Below are positions 33,401-42,022 of a stretch of DNA of 64,000 bases, piece by piece. The notes under the pieces are model-generated. The model was not told the DNA's origin and searched no databases. It saw nothing but the letters and a program-made list of their open reading frames with translations. The DNA is from Nostoc sp. DedSLP01 (lineage in GTDB: Bacteria > Cyanobacteriota > Cyanobacteriia > Cyanobacteriales > Nostocaceae), in contig JAVRCJ020000010.1 of assembly GCA_034530875.2 (NCBI GenBank), forward strand, positions 64,001 to 128,000, given 5' to 3'. Made by a program: the position numbers and the translations under genes. Numbering within the stretch: the first letter of the stretch is position 1; each line of letters starts with the position of its first letter.

Positions 33401-35711
33401 TATCACCAGTTCCTGATATTAATTTGTAAGTAAATGTGTTCCCAGTATCAGGGTCAATGGTAGTAAAATCACCAATAATTGTGCCTGCCGCCACATTTTC
33501 ATTCACAATGGTGGCACTCAATGTTAAATTTACGGGGGCTTCATTAACATTTTTGATTGCGATCGTTAGAGATTTTTCTAAGGAAAGTCCGTCGCTATCA
33601 ATAGTGCGGACACGCAGATTGTAAGTAGATTTAGTTTCAAAATCTGGAGAATTTTTGATTTTTAAACTATTGCCGTCAATAATGAAAGCATCATTATCAG
33701 TATCACCAGTTCCTGTTACTAAGCTATAAGTAAACGTGTTACTAGTATCGGGGTCAATGGTAGTAAGGTTGGCAATAATTGTACCTGCTGCCACATTTTC
33801 ATTCACAATGTTGGTGCTTAATATTAAATCTGTAGGAGATTTTGCAGGATTAAAAGATTTGAGAATACCAGTATTAGCATCTAACTTAACTATCCAAGAA
33901 TCTATAGCACCAGCATTTGTTCTTCCTAAAGAACCGTCAGTAAATCCTGAAACGTAGATATTGCCATTGTTATCGACAGAAATATCTGTGGAATTATCAA
34001 GGTTGGGACTACCAAATTGTTGAATCCAATTTTGGTTACCATTAGTATCAAAACTAGCTACAAAAACATCAAAAGATCCAGCATTGGAACCTGTGAAGCT
34101 ACCATTGGTATAACCTGTGATGAAAATGCGATCGCTAGAGTCAATTGTCAGACCTCCCAAAAAGGCAGTATCAATGCCGGTAGTGCCAAACTGTTTTATC
34201 CAAGCTTTGGTACCATCAGCAAGATACTTAGCTAGCCAAAGGTCGTCAGCACCTGCATTTTCTCCACCCAAGTCACCTTTTGTCCAGCCGTAAGCATATA
34301 TATTGCCTTGGCTATCCACATCGACATCCCAGGAAAATTCAAAACTGGGAGTGCCGAACTGTTTAATCCATTGTTGCTGTCCGGTATTTTGGTCGAATTT
34401 GGATATCCAAGTATCGTAAAAATTGAATTGCCCGGAGTTAGTATAATCGCCATAAGTCCATCCTGTAGCATATACAGAACCATCTTTGGCGACTTTAATT
34501 CCATAAGCTTCATCCCATAAGGCGATGGAAGATTCTGGAGTTCCGACTTCTGTAAACCACTTCTGGTTACCATCGCCATCGTATTTAGCTACCCAGAAAT
34601 CATCCTGAACGGCAATTACTTTATATGGATTATCATCTGGTCTGGGGTCTGGCTTAAGTGTAAACCCTGATACGTAAACATTGCCAGATTCATCAACATC
34701 AATATCAGATATGGCATTGAGAACTTCTGTGCCAAACTGCCGAACCCATAGCTGTTTGCCAGTATTATCAAACTTAGCTAACCAAGCATCTTGATCGGTA
34801 GCTTGTCTTGGTGTTGCTAAGTTACCTTGCGTGCCTCCTGCTACATAGATATTACCCCATTTATCTGTAGCGATCGCTGCCCCCAAATCAGAGTTGGAAC
34901 TACCAAACTGCACTAGGAATAACTGATTACCATTGCTGTCATATTTAGCCAGCCAGTTATCATAAGACCCACTATTACTTCCTTGTAACGAACCATTGGT
35001 ATTGCCAATCGCATAAACATTGCCTTGGCTATCAACTGCACTATCAAGGAGAATATCAACACCAACTGTTCCTATTTGCTTAATTTGCGGTAGTATAGGC
35101 CCTGCTGGTGGGGCGTAACCTACATACTTAATACTAGAATTTTTGCTATCTAAATTATAATTCGAGAAGACAACAGCTACTAAATCTCCATCCCAGAAAA
35201 AGGGACTAGACTTTGATTTTTGATATATTACTGTTCCTACAAAGGGAACAGTAATAAAATCGTAATCTGCCGCAGAACCGTGTAATTGAATTGTGTCTTC
35301 TGCTGAGTTGAAATCTACAATAAATGCAAAGTCTTTATCGCCAGATTGCGTGTAGTTAGAATGCCTCCAATCACCAAGAACAAATGTGTCCGCACCTAAA
35401 GATGGTGGATTGCCTGCTAAGATTTTGAGAAACTCTTGGAAAAAAAGCAGGTTTACTGGTTCTAAATCCCCAATTAATATATCAATATTTGTTTGTGTTG
35501 GCTTCGGTTGAGGAAGGCTATTATCAAAACCATAAATTGTATCGTTGCCTGCCCTAGCAAAAATTAGTTGAATATCAGCATAGTTTCCCCAAACTAAGTC
35601 ACTAGAAGGAGTTAATGTCACCAACAAACTATCTAATTGATTGTCACCAGTAGCGCTGCCATTTAGCCCTATGGTCTTTGCTAAAATTTGGGATAAACTA
35701 TCGCTCGTCAT
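30411..35711 (-). CDS. Tandem CylK/BrtB-like alkylating enzyme: [Ca-binding domain + SBBP beta-propeller]-3x cadherin-[Ca-binding domain + SBBP beta-propeller]-RTX tail
   Basis: Two units each with IF(A/G)RxGxD, DxFVLGDW, DFNxxxDTIQLxG and ~7 W(I/V)(K/R)QFG(T/S) propeller blades; three 100-aa cadherin-like repeats (ENV, DPD, P(D/N)F(E/Q)TK); C-terminal GGxGxD repeats. Confidence 0.85.
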   Translation of the reverse strand: MTSDSLSQILAKTIGLNGSATGDNQLDSLLVTLTPSSDLVWGNYADIQLIFARAGNDTIYGFDNSLPQPKPTQTNIDILIGDLEPVNLLFFQEFLKILAGNPPSLGADTFVLGDWRHSNYTQSGDKDFAFIVDFNSAEDTIQLHGSAADYDFITVPFVGTVIYQKSKSSPFFWDGDLVAVVFSNYNLDSKNSSIKYVGYAPPAGPILPQIKQIGTVGVDILLDSAVDSQGNVYAIGNTNGSLQGSNSGSYDNWLAKYDSNGNQLFLVQFGSSNSDLGAAIATDKWGNIYVAGGTQGNLATPRQATDQDAWLAKFDNTGKQLWVRQFGTEVLNAISDIDVDESGNVYVSGFTLKPDPRPDDNPYKVIAVQDDFWVAKYDGDGNQKWFTEVGTPESSIALWDEAYGIKVAKDGSVYATGWTYGDYTNSGQFNFYDTWISKFDQNTGQQQWIKQFGTPSFEFSWDVDVDSQGNIYAYGWTKGDLGGENAGADDLWLAKYLADGTKAWIKQFGTTGIDTAFLGGLTIDSSDRIFITGYTNGSFTGSNAGSFDVFVASFDTNGNQNWIQQFGSPNLDNSTDISVDNNGNIYVSGFTDGSLGRTNAGAIDSWIVKLDANTGILKSFNPAKSPTDLILSTNIVNENVAAGTIIANLTTIDPDTSNTFTYSLVTGTGDTDNDAFIIDGNSLKIKNSPDFETKSTYNLRVRTIDSDGLSLEKSLTIAIKNVNEAPVNLTLSATIVNENVAAGTIIGDFTTIDPDTGNTFTYKLISGTGDTDNDAFIIDGNTLKIKNSPNFETKSIYNLRVRTTDNGGLSFEQPLTIAIKDVNEAPTGLTLTATSVNENVPAGTNVGKFITTDPDTGNTFTYKLVSGTNDADNDAFIIDGNTLKIKNSPNFQTKSTYNLRVRTTDNGGLSLEQPLTVTVNSMANIDPIEQAYNAIGAFYNILFETLFSNTDGELPPTEYDALFTTLTPASDLVFGGFSDFQLIFGRIGDDTFYPIDHSLNQSAQVPTHIDIFFGDSEVIKLYLSQDFFNILGGNPPSGGSDRFVLGDWIQSYYNQSGYNDFGFIFDFNPNQDTIQLRGSAADYELVNVPFLGTAIFQKKTGSTSVFEDDLVGIVFANYNLNLTSSNFKYVGTTPSLQPAQPLIKQFGTAGIDLSAAITVDNWGNVYTAGLTNGALQGANIGSFDNWITKYNNDGQQLWVKQFGTSKYDLVFEITTDKFGNLYVVGGTQGNLAGSLNSGTQDSWFAKYDSNGNQLWIRQLGADYLNAATDIAVDNNGNIYVSGLTVREDPRPTSNIYRVFPAQDDIWVAQYDTNGNQKWYTEVASPINSVALFDEAYGITLGKDGSVYVTGWTYGDYSGQGAFNFYDPIILKLNATNGQLQNVDQFGSANFDFSWDIDHDSQGNLYTVGWTRGDLGGTNAGAEDVWIAKSKPDGTQEWIRQFGTSGADGLFFGGVKIDAKDNIFMTGYTQGSLGGTNAGSFDAWVASYDTAGNQKWIKQFGTVELDYATGITVDNLGNLFVTGFTEGSLGGVNAGTVDTWIAKLDANTGSLLSFNPSTSPITNKILGSNQKDSLIGTDPTTQNLTSLSAKSAIANSANGNDEIFGKAGNDTINGQGGNDSLYGDAGNDTLIGGAGNDQLVGGAGNDILTGGSGRDRFIFDTDKKFASSEFGVDKITDFELGDKIVLSKDTFTALKSSVGDGFNNLKDFAVVTNGNAARSSQAFIVYDSVRGDLYYNQNGSGSGLGSGGVFANLVNHPTLNASDFRIV
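32950..33840 (-). repeat. Three tandem 300-bp cadherin-like repeats
   Basis: Near-identical DNA at exact 300-nt spacing (e.g. TCAATAATGAAAGCATCATTATCAG at ~33076, 33376, 33676). Confidence 0.9.
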
Positions 35712-36413
35712 TTTCTAGAGCCTCTATTAAGGAGTTAATAACTTAGATTTATTAGATTAGTTTTTAGATATATATCTTAAGGATAATATTTAAAAGTTAC
35801 TCAAAATATTATTCTTAAATAAACCGTTAATAATGCTTTTATAAAGCTCAAATTTTCCCAGACAAACGCATCTAAATTGCTCTTCAGAGCAAACAAGATT
35901 ACGAACTAACACAAAAGTCAGTACAGATACATCTACTTACCTTGACTCAAAGCGATGCCTACGATGGGCTACACCTACAGTCAAATGTTTGTGAATAAGT
36001 AGAAATTAATTAAATTATTTTTGAAAGCATTGAAAATAGTCCAGCCTTATCGAAATTAGGCGGTTGCCATGCACTTTTCCTATTTTTGAAAAAGATAGGG
36101 TAATAATGTTCGGTTAAGGCTAAAAACTAAAACTGATGTAGGTTTGGTTGAGGAGCAAAAGCCATCATCCTCAGGGTTTTGTTGAGTTTTGCTGTAACTC
36201 AACAAAATCTAATTTTCTACTGAACTAAACCGTATTGATAATTAGGGAATATGTAATAATTTTGGTATGAAGCGAGACTTTGCAAATATCTTCTAAACTC
36301 GACTTTATGCAAAATTAAGAACTCATTTTTATTGAAGTCGAGCTAAGAAATTAGATAAAAATGAAGAGTCTGCCCAGAGATAAATCCTGCTTTTCTTCTC
36401 AGTAACGTACTTA

Positions 36414-37400
36414 TTAACCTAAGTTTTTTTTACGAAACATAACGGCCATATTAGTCTTAAAACTCAGCCAATAGCCAAAAATCATGTAGAAGATGAATTT
36501 CAATGAAGTCAGTGCTTTTACAGGTTGGCTGGGTTCATAAATGACATCTAATGAGCCGTCGAATAAACGCACATACTGATTCCACATCCGACTATTCATA
36601 CCAAATAGAAGGTCATGAAATGGGCGTTCAAAGAAAGATACAACTTCCCAATTTTGCTGTTTACCTAGCAATTCCAAAGTTTGTTGAGTATACATGTGAA
36701 GGTGATAAGGAACATGCACCTCGTTATAGTACTCAGCTAAATTAGGTTGGGATAGGTCAATATTGTCTGCGTTTGGTGTGGCAACGAGAATATAACCACC
36801 AGGCGCAAGCAGATTGTCTAACTCAGATAATAGGGTATGAGGATCTTCAACGTGTTCGATAATATCCTGGAGTAGGATGTAATCAAATTTCCCAGGCTCA
36901 AGAATTTTGGCATTGTTGAATTCTGGGTGGGGTGAGTAAGGATCGTACCCACGAACATTTGCAAAGCCAAGTTCTTGCAAATATTTGACAAATAGACCGT
37001 TACCACCGCAACCATAATCAAGAAAGGTGTGATTTTTGTCAAAGCCATGCTTTTTCAGGCGTTTGAGGATATTTTTATAGCAGGCGCGTGCTGAATCATG
37101 AGCAACAGCTTGGGCAATGGGATATTTTGCGTAGTAGCGATCGAGGTCTACAATATCTAGACAATGAATTGTTCGGCAATTTGGACACCGCCAAACTTTG
37201 AATTTCTCATCCCTAAAGGCTCTAACGTTACAGGGAAAAGTAACAAATAGAGATTCGTCACGAGGATCGATACGATAGTTACAAATCAAACACTCAAGGC
37301 GTTGTTTGCTTGCTGTCCCGTTTTGGTTTTGCTGCAAAAGCAAATCATCTGAAAGGCTAAGATTGGACGGGTATTTGTTTGTCATTATCTTCGATCTCAC
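36414..37400 (-). CDS. Class I SAM-dependent methyltransferase with N-terminal Zn ribbon
   Basis: CLIC…CPNC, LDYGCG, IIEHVEDP, LAPGG, TPN, PYH. Confidence 0.88.
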   Translation of the reverse strand: MRSKIMTNKYPSNLSLSDDLLLQQNQNGTASKQRLECLICNYRIDPRDESLFVTFPCNVRAFRDEKFKVWRCPNCRTIHCLDIVDLDRYYAKYPIAQAVAHDSARACYKNILKRLKKHGFDKNHTFLDYGCGGNGLFVKYLQELGFANVRGYDPYSPHPEFNNAKILEPGKFDYILLQDIIEHVEDPHTLLSELDNLLAPGGYILVATPNADNIDLSQPNLAEYYNEVHVPYHLHMYTQQTLELLGKQQNWEVVSFFERPFHDLLFGMNSRMWNQYVRLFDGSLDVIYEPSQPVKALTSLKFIFYMIFGYWLSFKTNMAVMFRKKNLG

Positions 37401-38172
37401 AAAATAGATTTGATAAAAGGTTGGGTTTAACAGTTTGTGTATTTTTACCTTTTTCTAGTATTAGGTATGGCATTCCCGCCCTTCTCGCACACTCGCCATC
37501 GCGGTCGTCGCGATCGCCAATAAATAAACAGTTCTCTACTGCAATCCCTAGAGTTTCAGCGACAAGCAATAAGCCTTTCGGATCTGGCTTGAGCCGTCCT
37601 ACATTTTTATCGGTTGAACTGACAATGCAATTAGGAGATAATCCAAGCTGAGATAACTTATCTCGAGCAGGGTAATCAGAAAATACAGCAGTAGCTAGAC
37701 CGCGATTTGCAACATTTTTAAATAGCTCTAATACTTCAGGATGTCGGCAAGAGTATATGTGTTTTAGCGGTTCTTGAAAAATCCATTTCTGGACTAATTT
37801 ACGTACTTGCTCGATAGAAACTCCCGATACTTCAGCAGCCCATTCATATTGAGCATTTTCTAAATCATCAACAATATTTAATACATTTTTTTCTCTCTCG
37901 TTGATGAAGTTTGTAACTATTTTAACTTCCGGCAGATGTAGAGGATGCTTTAAATAATATTTCAACATTTCTAAACGCATAATCCTATACATTTTCTTCA
38001 AGCTGTATAAAGTGCCATCAACATCAAATATTACAGCTTTTATATCTTGATACTTGAAATTCAGTGTTGACTGCTCAGATTCAGTTAGTAAATCCATCGT
38101 TTCAAAAATGTGGTTATTTCTCATCGGTAAGAACTTGAGGCATATTTTCGGAAGATGGTGTTTTAGCAGCAA
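37357..38172 (-). CDS. HAD-superfamily hydrolase (phosphatase)
   Basis: Motif I FDVDGTL, motif II SD, KPDP, motif IV IGDRDDRD; true start probably 38124 or 38097. Confidence 0.88.
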   Translation of the reverse strand: MLLKHHLPKICLKFLPMRNNHIFETMDLLTESEQSTLNFKYQDIKAVIFDVDGTLYSLKKMYRIMRLEMLKYYLKHPLHLPEVKIVTNFINEREKNVLNIVDDLENAQYEWAAEVSGVSIEQVRKLVQKWIFQEPLKHIYSCRHPEVLELFKNVANRGLATAVFSDYPARDKLSQLGLSPNCIVSSTDKNVGRLKPDPKGLLLVAETLGIAVENCLFIGDRDDRDGECARRAGMPYLILEKGKNTQTVKPNLLSNLFCEIEDNDKQIPVQS

Positions 38173-38181
38173 CTTACTCGA

Positions 38182-39012
38182 TTAACTTCCATACACATTG
38201 CGCCAATATTGCCTAATTGGCTGTGATACATGAGTTCCTAAGCAGAAAACCACGTAATATGTCGTCATAATCGAATATGCAATAAAGTCTTGTCCGATTA
38301 AAGGATCGAACTTAAATGCCAGCAACAGACCGATAAAGAATATAATTTGCAACCACAGCATGATATTGCCCTGGTAGGCTTTTAAAGCAGGACGGCCTTC
38401 TTTCCAACCATCTATGTCTTTCTCAACTATGCGTCTCACAGCAAGAAAGCCAATTCCCGTGCAGAAAGCTGCAAACATCAAAAAATAAGGAACTATTGTA
38501 TCCGTAACTAAGAGAGTCCCCATAAATAATCTCAGGGGCATAGTTATAGCATTGACAAATAACTCTAGATAAGGAATATTTCTCGCTACCAAAGAATAGA
38601 AAAGGTTGACAGCTATAAATGCACAATAGATGAGTGCTATTTTGATGCCAAAGTAAAATAAACCAAAGATGATGCCAAGAGAAATTAAAGATACTGCCAA
38701 AATAGTTGCTGTACTTTTACTAATTCTTCCAGAAGGCAGCGGTCGATTTTTCTTTTGGGGATGTTTGGCATCTTTTTCTAAATCGGTAATAGCATTTATC
38801 GTGTAAATTCCCCCATATATGCAGATATTAAATGACAAATACAGTAAAATTAAAGAAAGTATCAAATTGCCGTCAATTTTTCCAGCAAAAGAAAGTGCGC
38901 CCAAAAGAACAAAGGAAAAATTTGTATGAAACTTAAACCTAATCAAAGAAATAAAATCTTTGAAGGTAGCTTGAGAGTTAATAGATAACTCTCCTCTATT
39001 TTTGGTATTCAT
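38182..39012 (-). CDS. UbiA-superfamily membrane transferase, decaprenyl-phosphate phosphoribosyltransferase-like clade
   Basis: Multiple TMs; YTINAITDLEKDAKHPQKKNRPLPSG, LFYS, LRLFMG, RRIVE. Confidence 0.8.
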   Translation of the reverse strand: MNTKNRGELSINSQATFKDFISLIRFKFHTNFSFVLLGALSFAGKIDGNLILSLILLYLSFNICIYGGIYTINAITDLEKDAKHPQKKNRPLPSGRISKSTATILAVSLISLGIIFGLFYFGIKIALIYCAFIAVNLFYSLVARNIPYLELFVNAITMPLRLFMGTLLVTDTIVPYFLMFAAFCTGIGFLAVRRIVEKDIDGWKEGRPALKAYQGNIMLWLQIIFFIGLLLAFKFDPLIGQDFIAYSIMTTYYVVFCLGTHVSQPIRQYWRNVYGS

Positions 39013-39091
39013 ATTTGCGGGAATTACTGTTATAGATTGATTACTTTCTATGTCTATTTTATGGGTTCCGACATTTTTTATACTTAGATTG

Positions 39092-39961
39092 TCATGAAGA
39101 TTTGATAAAATCGTTTTGCAAATATTTGAATTTTTGAGGTATTTGCTGACAACGCTTTTTATTCAACTCAGTAACACCGATCTGGCGATAAATTAGATCG
39201 CCTAATTGCGGATAAAATTGCCAAATAGCAAATAACAGTTTTGTTAGCCACACTGTGAGAAAGTCTTTATTCACTATCACTTCTACGCGATCGCTTTCGA
39301 TCGCTTGAATTACTGCTTTGGCGACTGCTTCAGGTTTGGAGGTTCCTGATAAACTTGGTGCTGGTATGCCAGTATCAGCTAGCATTCCTTGTTCTGCAAT
39401 ATATCCCGGACAAATTGTGGATATTTGCACGCCAGTACCCACTAATTCTTGTCTGAGGGCATCACCCCACATAAATAAACCTGCTTTACTAGCAGAATAT
39501 ATGCTGTCATAAGGATGGCCTTTCTTAGCAGCTAAGGAAGCGATATTGACAATATGTCCGCTTTTTTGGGCTAACATGTTTGGCAGCAGTAGTCTGGATA
39601 GTTCCATTGCGGCCAGTAAGTTAGTAGAGATGACTGATTGAATATCTGCGGTTGAATAATCTGTGAAAGCTTTATAAATTTCAATACCAGCGTTATTAAT
39701 TAATATGTCAATAGCAGGAACAAGCTGATGAATTTTTTCTATTAAGATGGGGAGTTCTTGTAAATTACTAATGTCACAAGTAATGGGAATAAAGTTACAT
39801 CCTAAAGCTTTAATTTCTGCTGCAACAGCTTCAAGTTGCTGGTGCGATCGCCCCACTCCGATAATAGTAGCTTGTTCTTTGGCTAAAGCACGAGCGATAA
39901 AAACGCCGATGCCGCGAGAAGCCCCTGTTAAAAGTACTGTTTTTCCTGTTATGGTGGTCAT
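39092..39961 (-). CDS. HetN-like short-chain dehydrogenase/ketoacyl reductase (no RGSGR motif)
   Basis: [48 protein letters not shown]; colinear with HetN as I recall it, but AQKSGH replaces ERGSGR. Confidence 0.85.
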   Translation of the reverse strand: MTTITGKTVLLTGASRGIGVFIARALAKEQATIIGVGRSHQQLEAVAAEIKALGCNFIPITCDISNLQELPILIEKIHQLVPAIDILINNAGIEIYKAFTDYSTADIQSVISTNLLAAMELSRLLLPNMLAQKSGHIVNIASLAAKKGHPYDSIYSASKAGLFMWGDALRQELVGTGVQISTICPGYIAEQGMLADTGIPAPSLSGTSKPEAVAKAVIQAIESDRVEVIVNKDFLTVWLTKLLFAIWQFYPQLGDLIYRQIGVTELNKKRCQQIPQKFKYLQNDFIKSS

Positions 39962-40110
39962 AATACCTGGTTAAATGTTGGTTTTTATGGGTACAGATTG
40001 ACTATTTATTAGACGTCTTTTTTATCTCACGCAGAGGCGCGGAGGCGCAGAGAAGAGAACGCAAAGGAGGACTTTTGCAAGAAGTCTATTGATAGTCAAT
40101 CTGGATTGAT

Positions 40111-41973
40111 TTAGTTAACGTTTTGTTTTAAAGAGGGGAAATATTTTCCTCCTAGTTCAATCTCCCCTTGTTCGATTCCAGTTTTGATTCTGGAGAGTAG
40201 GTAGTCACAATTGCGGGCAATAAGATTTGTGCCGTGGTCTGGTTCAATTAAACCGGCTAAGGCAATATCGCTGCCGTATTGCTGGACTAAATCGTATATG
40301 CCCAGGAAGTTGAAGACTCCTGATTCATAGGTTCCGCAGGGAACTGAGGGATTGTTGACGCCTGTGTAATATTCTTTGTCGGATTTAAACCAGTTGAGAG
40401 ATGGATATCCGTGGAAATGAACCATTGGCGCACCATTTTCGATGAGTTCTGGTGCGTATAGGGCAGCAGAAAGAGCGATCGCCACCATCACGTACAAGTC
40501 ATAAGATGGTTTAATATCTCCGGCGCTGGCGTTAATTGCTTGTGGTAGTTGCAACAACAGCTTGTCTTGCAAGCCAATTCTGAGAATATCAGTTTCTAAA
40601 TTTAAGTCTGTTTTCTTGGAACCCGAACGAGAACTGATAACCCAAATATCTGGTATTTGTTTGTATCGATATTCATTACCAATTTTGGTTTTTAAATATC
40701 TCCTTCCCATTTGATTTAGTCGCAGTTCATCGCTGCTAAATCCAGGGATGGGCGATAAGTTTTCCCATTCGCTAGCTGAAATTTCTACAGCACCGATATA
40801 TTGTGGCGGTTCTGCATAAGCAACAAACCCATAAGATACGCCTGTTCTGCCATTGGCCATCCAATCTACAATATCTCGATGGGATTTTCTTTTAATTACA
40901 TCGTCAATTTTGAACCCAGAAGGTAGTAATTCTGTTGATGCTAATTCTTGACCGAATTTTACTAATTGTGCTGCATAAGGAGATTGATTTGGATTATATT
41001 CGCCAAGGATAAATCTGCTCAGTGGTAATGGAAGAATTGGGACGTATATTTTCGGGGTTAAAGACTTTAAAACAAAATCATTTATTGATTCCACAGCGAA
41101 CATGGAATCGGAAAGATTCATATTCAAAATAGAAATGCGATCGTCAGACACCCCAATGACAATTTCTGAAAATGTCCTGACTAGAGTATTTACACCAATA
41201 GGAATTTTTTGTTGATAGGGAAGATTGGGACTAATAAATTGTTCGTCTAAATCTGTGAGAACAATAATTTGGGTATTGGTAGGGTCTTCTACTGGTTGAA
41301 TATTCTCTTCAGCCCAACTGATGAATTGAGCAATTTTTGATACAGACTGCTTTTGATTTTTCCAAATAAACTGAGAATAGAAATTATAGAGATTTTCTGC
41401 AATACAGATTTTTAGCTTGCTGAGGGCATTCGGTTTTCTTTCAACATCGATAATAGCGCTGACATCAGCTTTGACTACTTTAGTTTTGATTGTTTTTCGC
41501 AGATTAGTTAAGGGAATAGTTATTTCATAGTTCATTTCTTTGGTGGCCGATTCCCAATCTACAATCTGCACGCCACAATCTTGGAGTTTTTGAACTAATT
41601 GTTCTCGAAATTTAATAATTGCTGCTTCTTTATATCCCTTGGGTAAAGGTCGAAAAGTGATTCTCAACTTTTGCGCCATAGCGTTAGGGTTGGTAACAGG
41701 CGGCTTAAACTCTGTATCGGTTTTTTGAGAAAATCCGCCAATTAAGCGGCCGATGGTTTGTAAGCTGAGATATCGATCGTTATCTGTAGAACATGCAGCA
41801 TCGTTATTTTTTCCTTGCAGTAAGCTGAGAATTTCGGCTTTGCGTTCTGCTAGTTCTGTTTGAATTTCTGGTGTTAATATTCCTTTGGGTGATTGAATGC
41901 GGAGTTTATCATTATCAACCCATAATTTCACGCCTTTTTGCGTTAATTCGTCTACAAGTTCAGTAACGTTCAT
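40111..41973 (-). CDS. TubC-type N-terminal docking domain fused to an uncharacterised region ending in a class II aldolase/adducin-like metal domain
   Basis: N-term ELVDELTQKGVKLWVDNDKLRIQSPKGILT…LAERKAEILSLL; C-term SRSGSKK, KPSYD, VHFHG, PCGTYE, DHG. Confidence 0.72.
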   Translation of the reverse strand: MNVTELVDELTQKGVKLWVDNDKLRIQSPKGILTPEIQTELAERKAEILSLLQGKNNDAACSTDNDRYLSLQTIGRLIGGFSQKTDTEFKPPVTNPNAMAQKLRITFRPLPKGYKEAAIIKFREQLVQKLQDCGVQIVDWESATKEMNYEITIPLTNLRKTIKTKVVKADVSAIIDVERKPNALSKLKICIAENLYNFYSQFIWKNQKQSVSKIAQFISWAEENIQPVEDPTNTQIIVLTDLDEQFISPNLPYQQKIPIGVNTLVRTFSEIVIGVSDDRISILNMNLSDSMFAVESINDFVLKSLTPKIYVPILPLPLSRFILGEYNPNQSPYAAQLVKFGQELASTELLPSGFKIDDVIKRKSHRDIVDWMANGRTGVSYGFVAYAEPPQYIGAVEISASEWENLSPIPGFSSDELRLNQMGRRYLKTKIGNEYRYKQIPDIWVISSRSGSKKTDLNLETDILRIGLQDKLLLQLPQAINASAGDIKPSYDLYVMVAIALSAALYAPELIENGAPMVHFHGYPSLNWFKSDKEYYTGVNNPSVPCGTYESGVFNFLGIYDLVQQYGSDIALAGLIEPDHGTNLIARNCDYLLSRIKTGIEQGEIELGGKYFPSLKQNVN

Positions 41974-42022
41974 GATTTTTACAACCCTTAATTATCTAAT
42001 CTTTTAAAACTATGACTGCCAA

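Noticed and set aside
32950..33840. Regular 300-bp repeats considered as a CRISPR-like or other non-coding array
   Set aside because: They are in-frame cadherin domains with no repeat-spacer structure; no CRISPR array or cas gene was seen in the window.
39092..39961. Calling this gene hetN
   Set aside because: It lacks RGSGR and is not in an hgl/hetI context.
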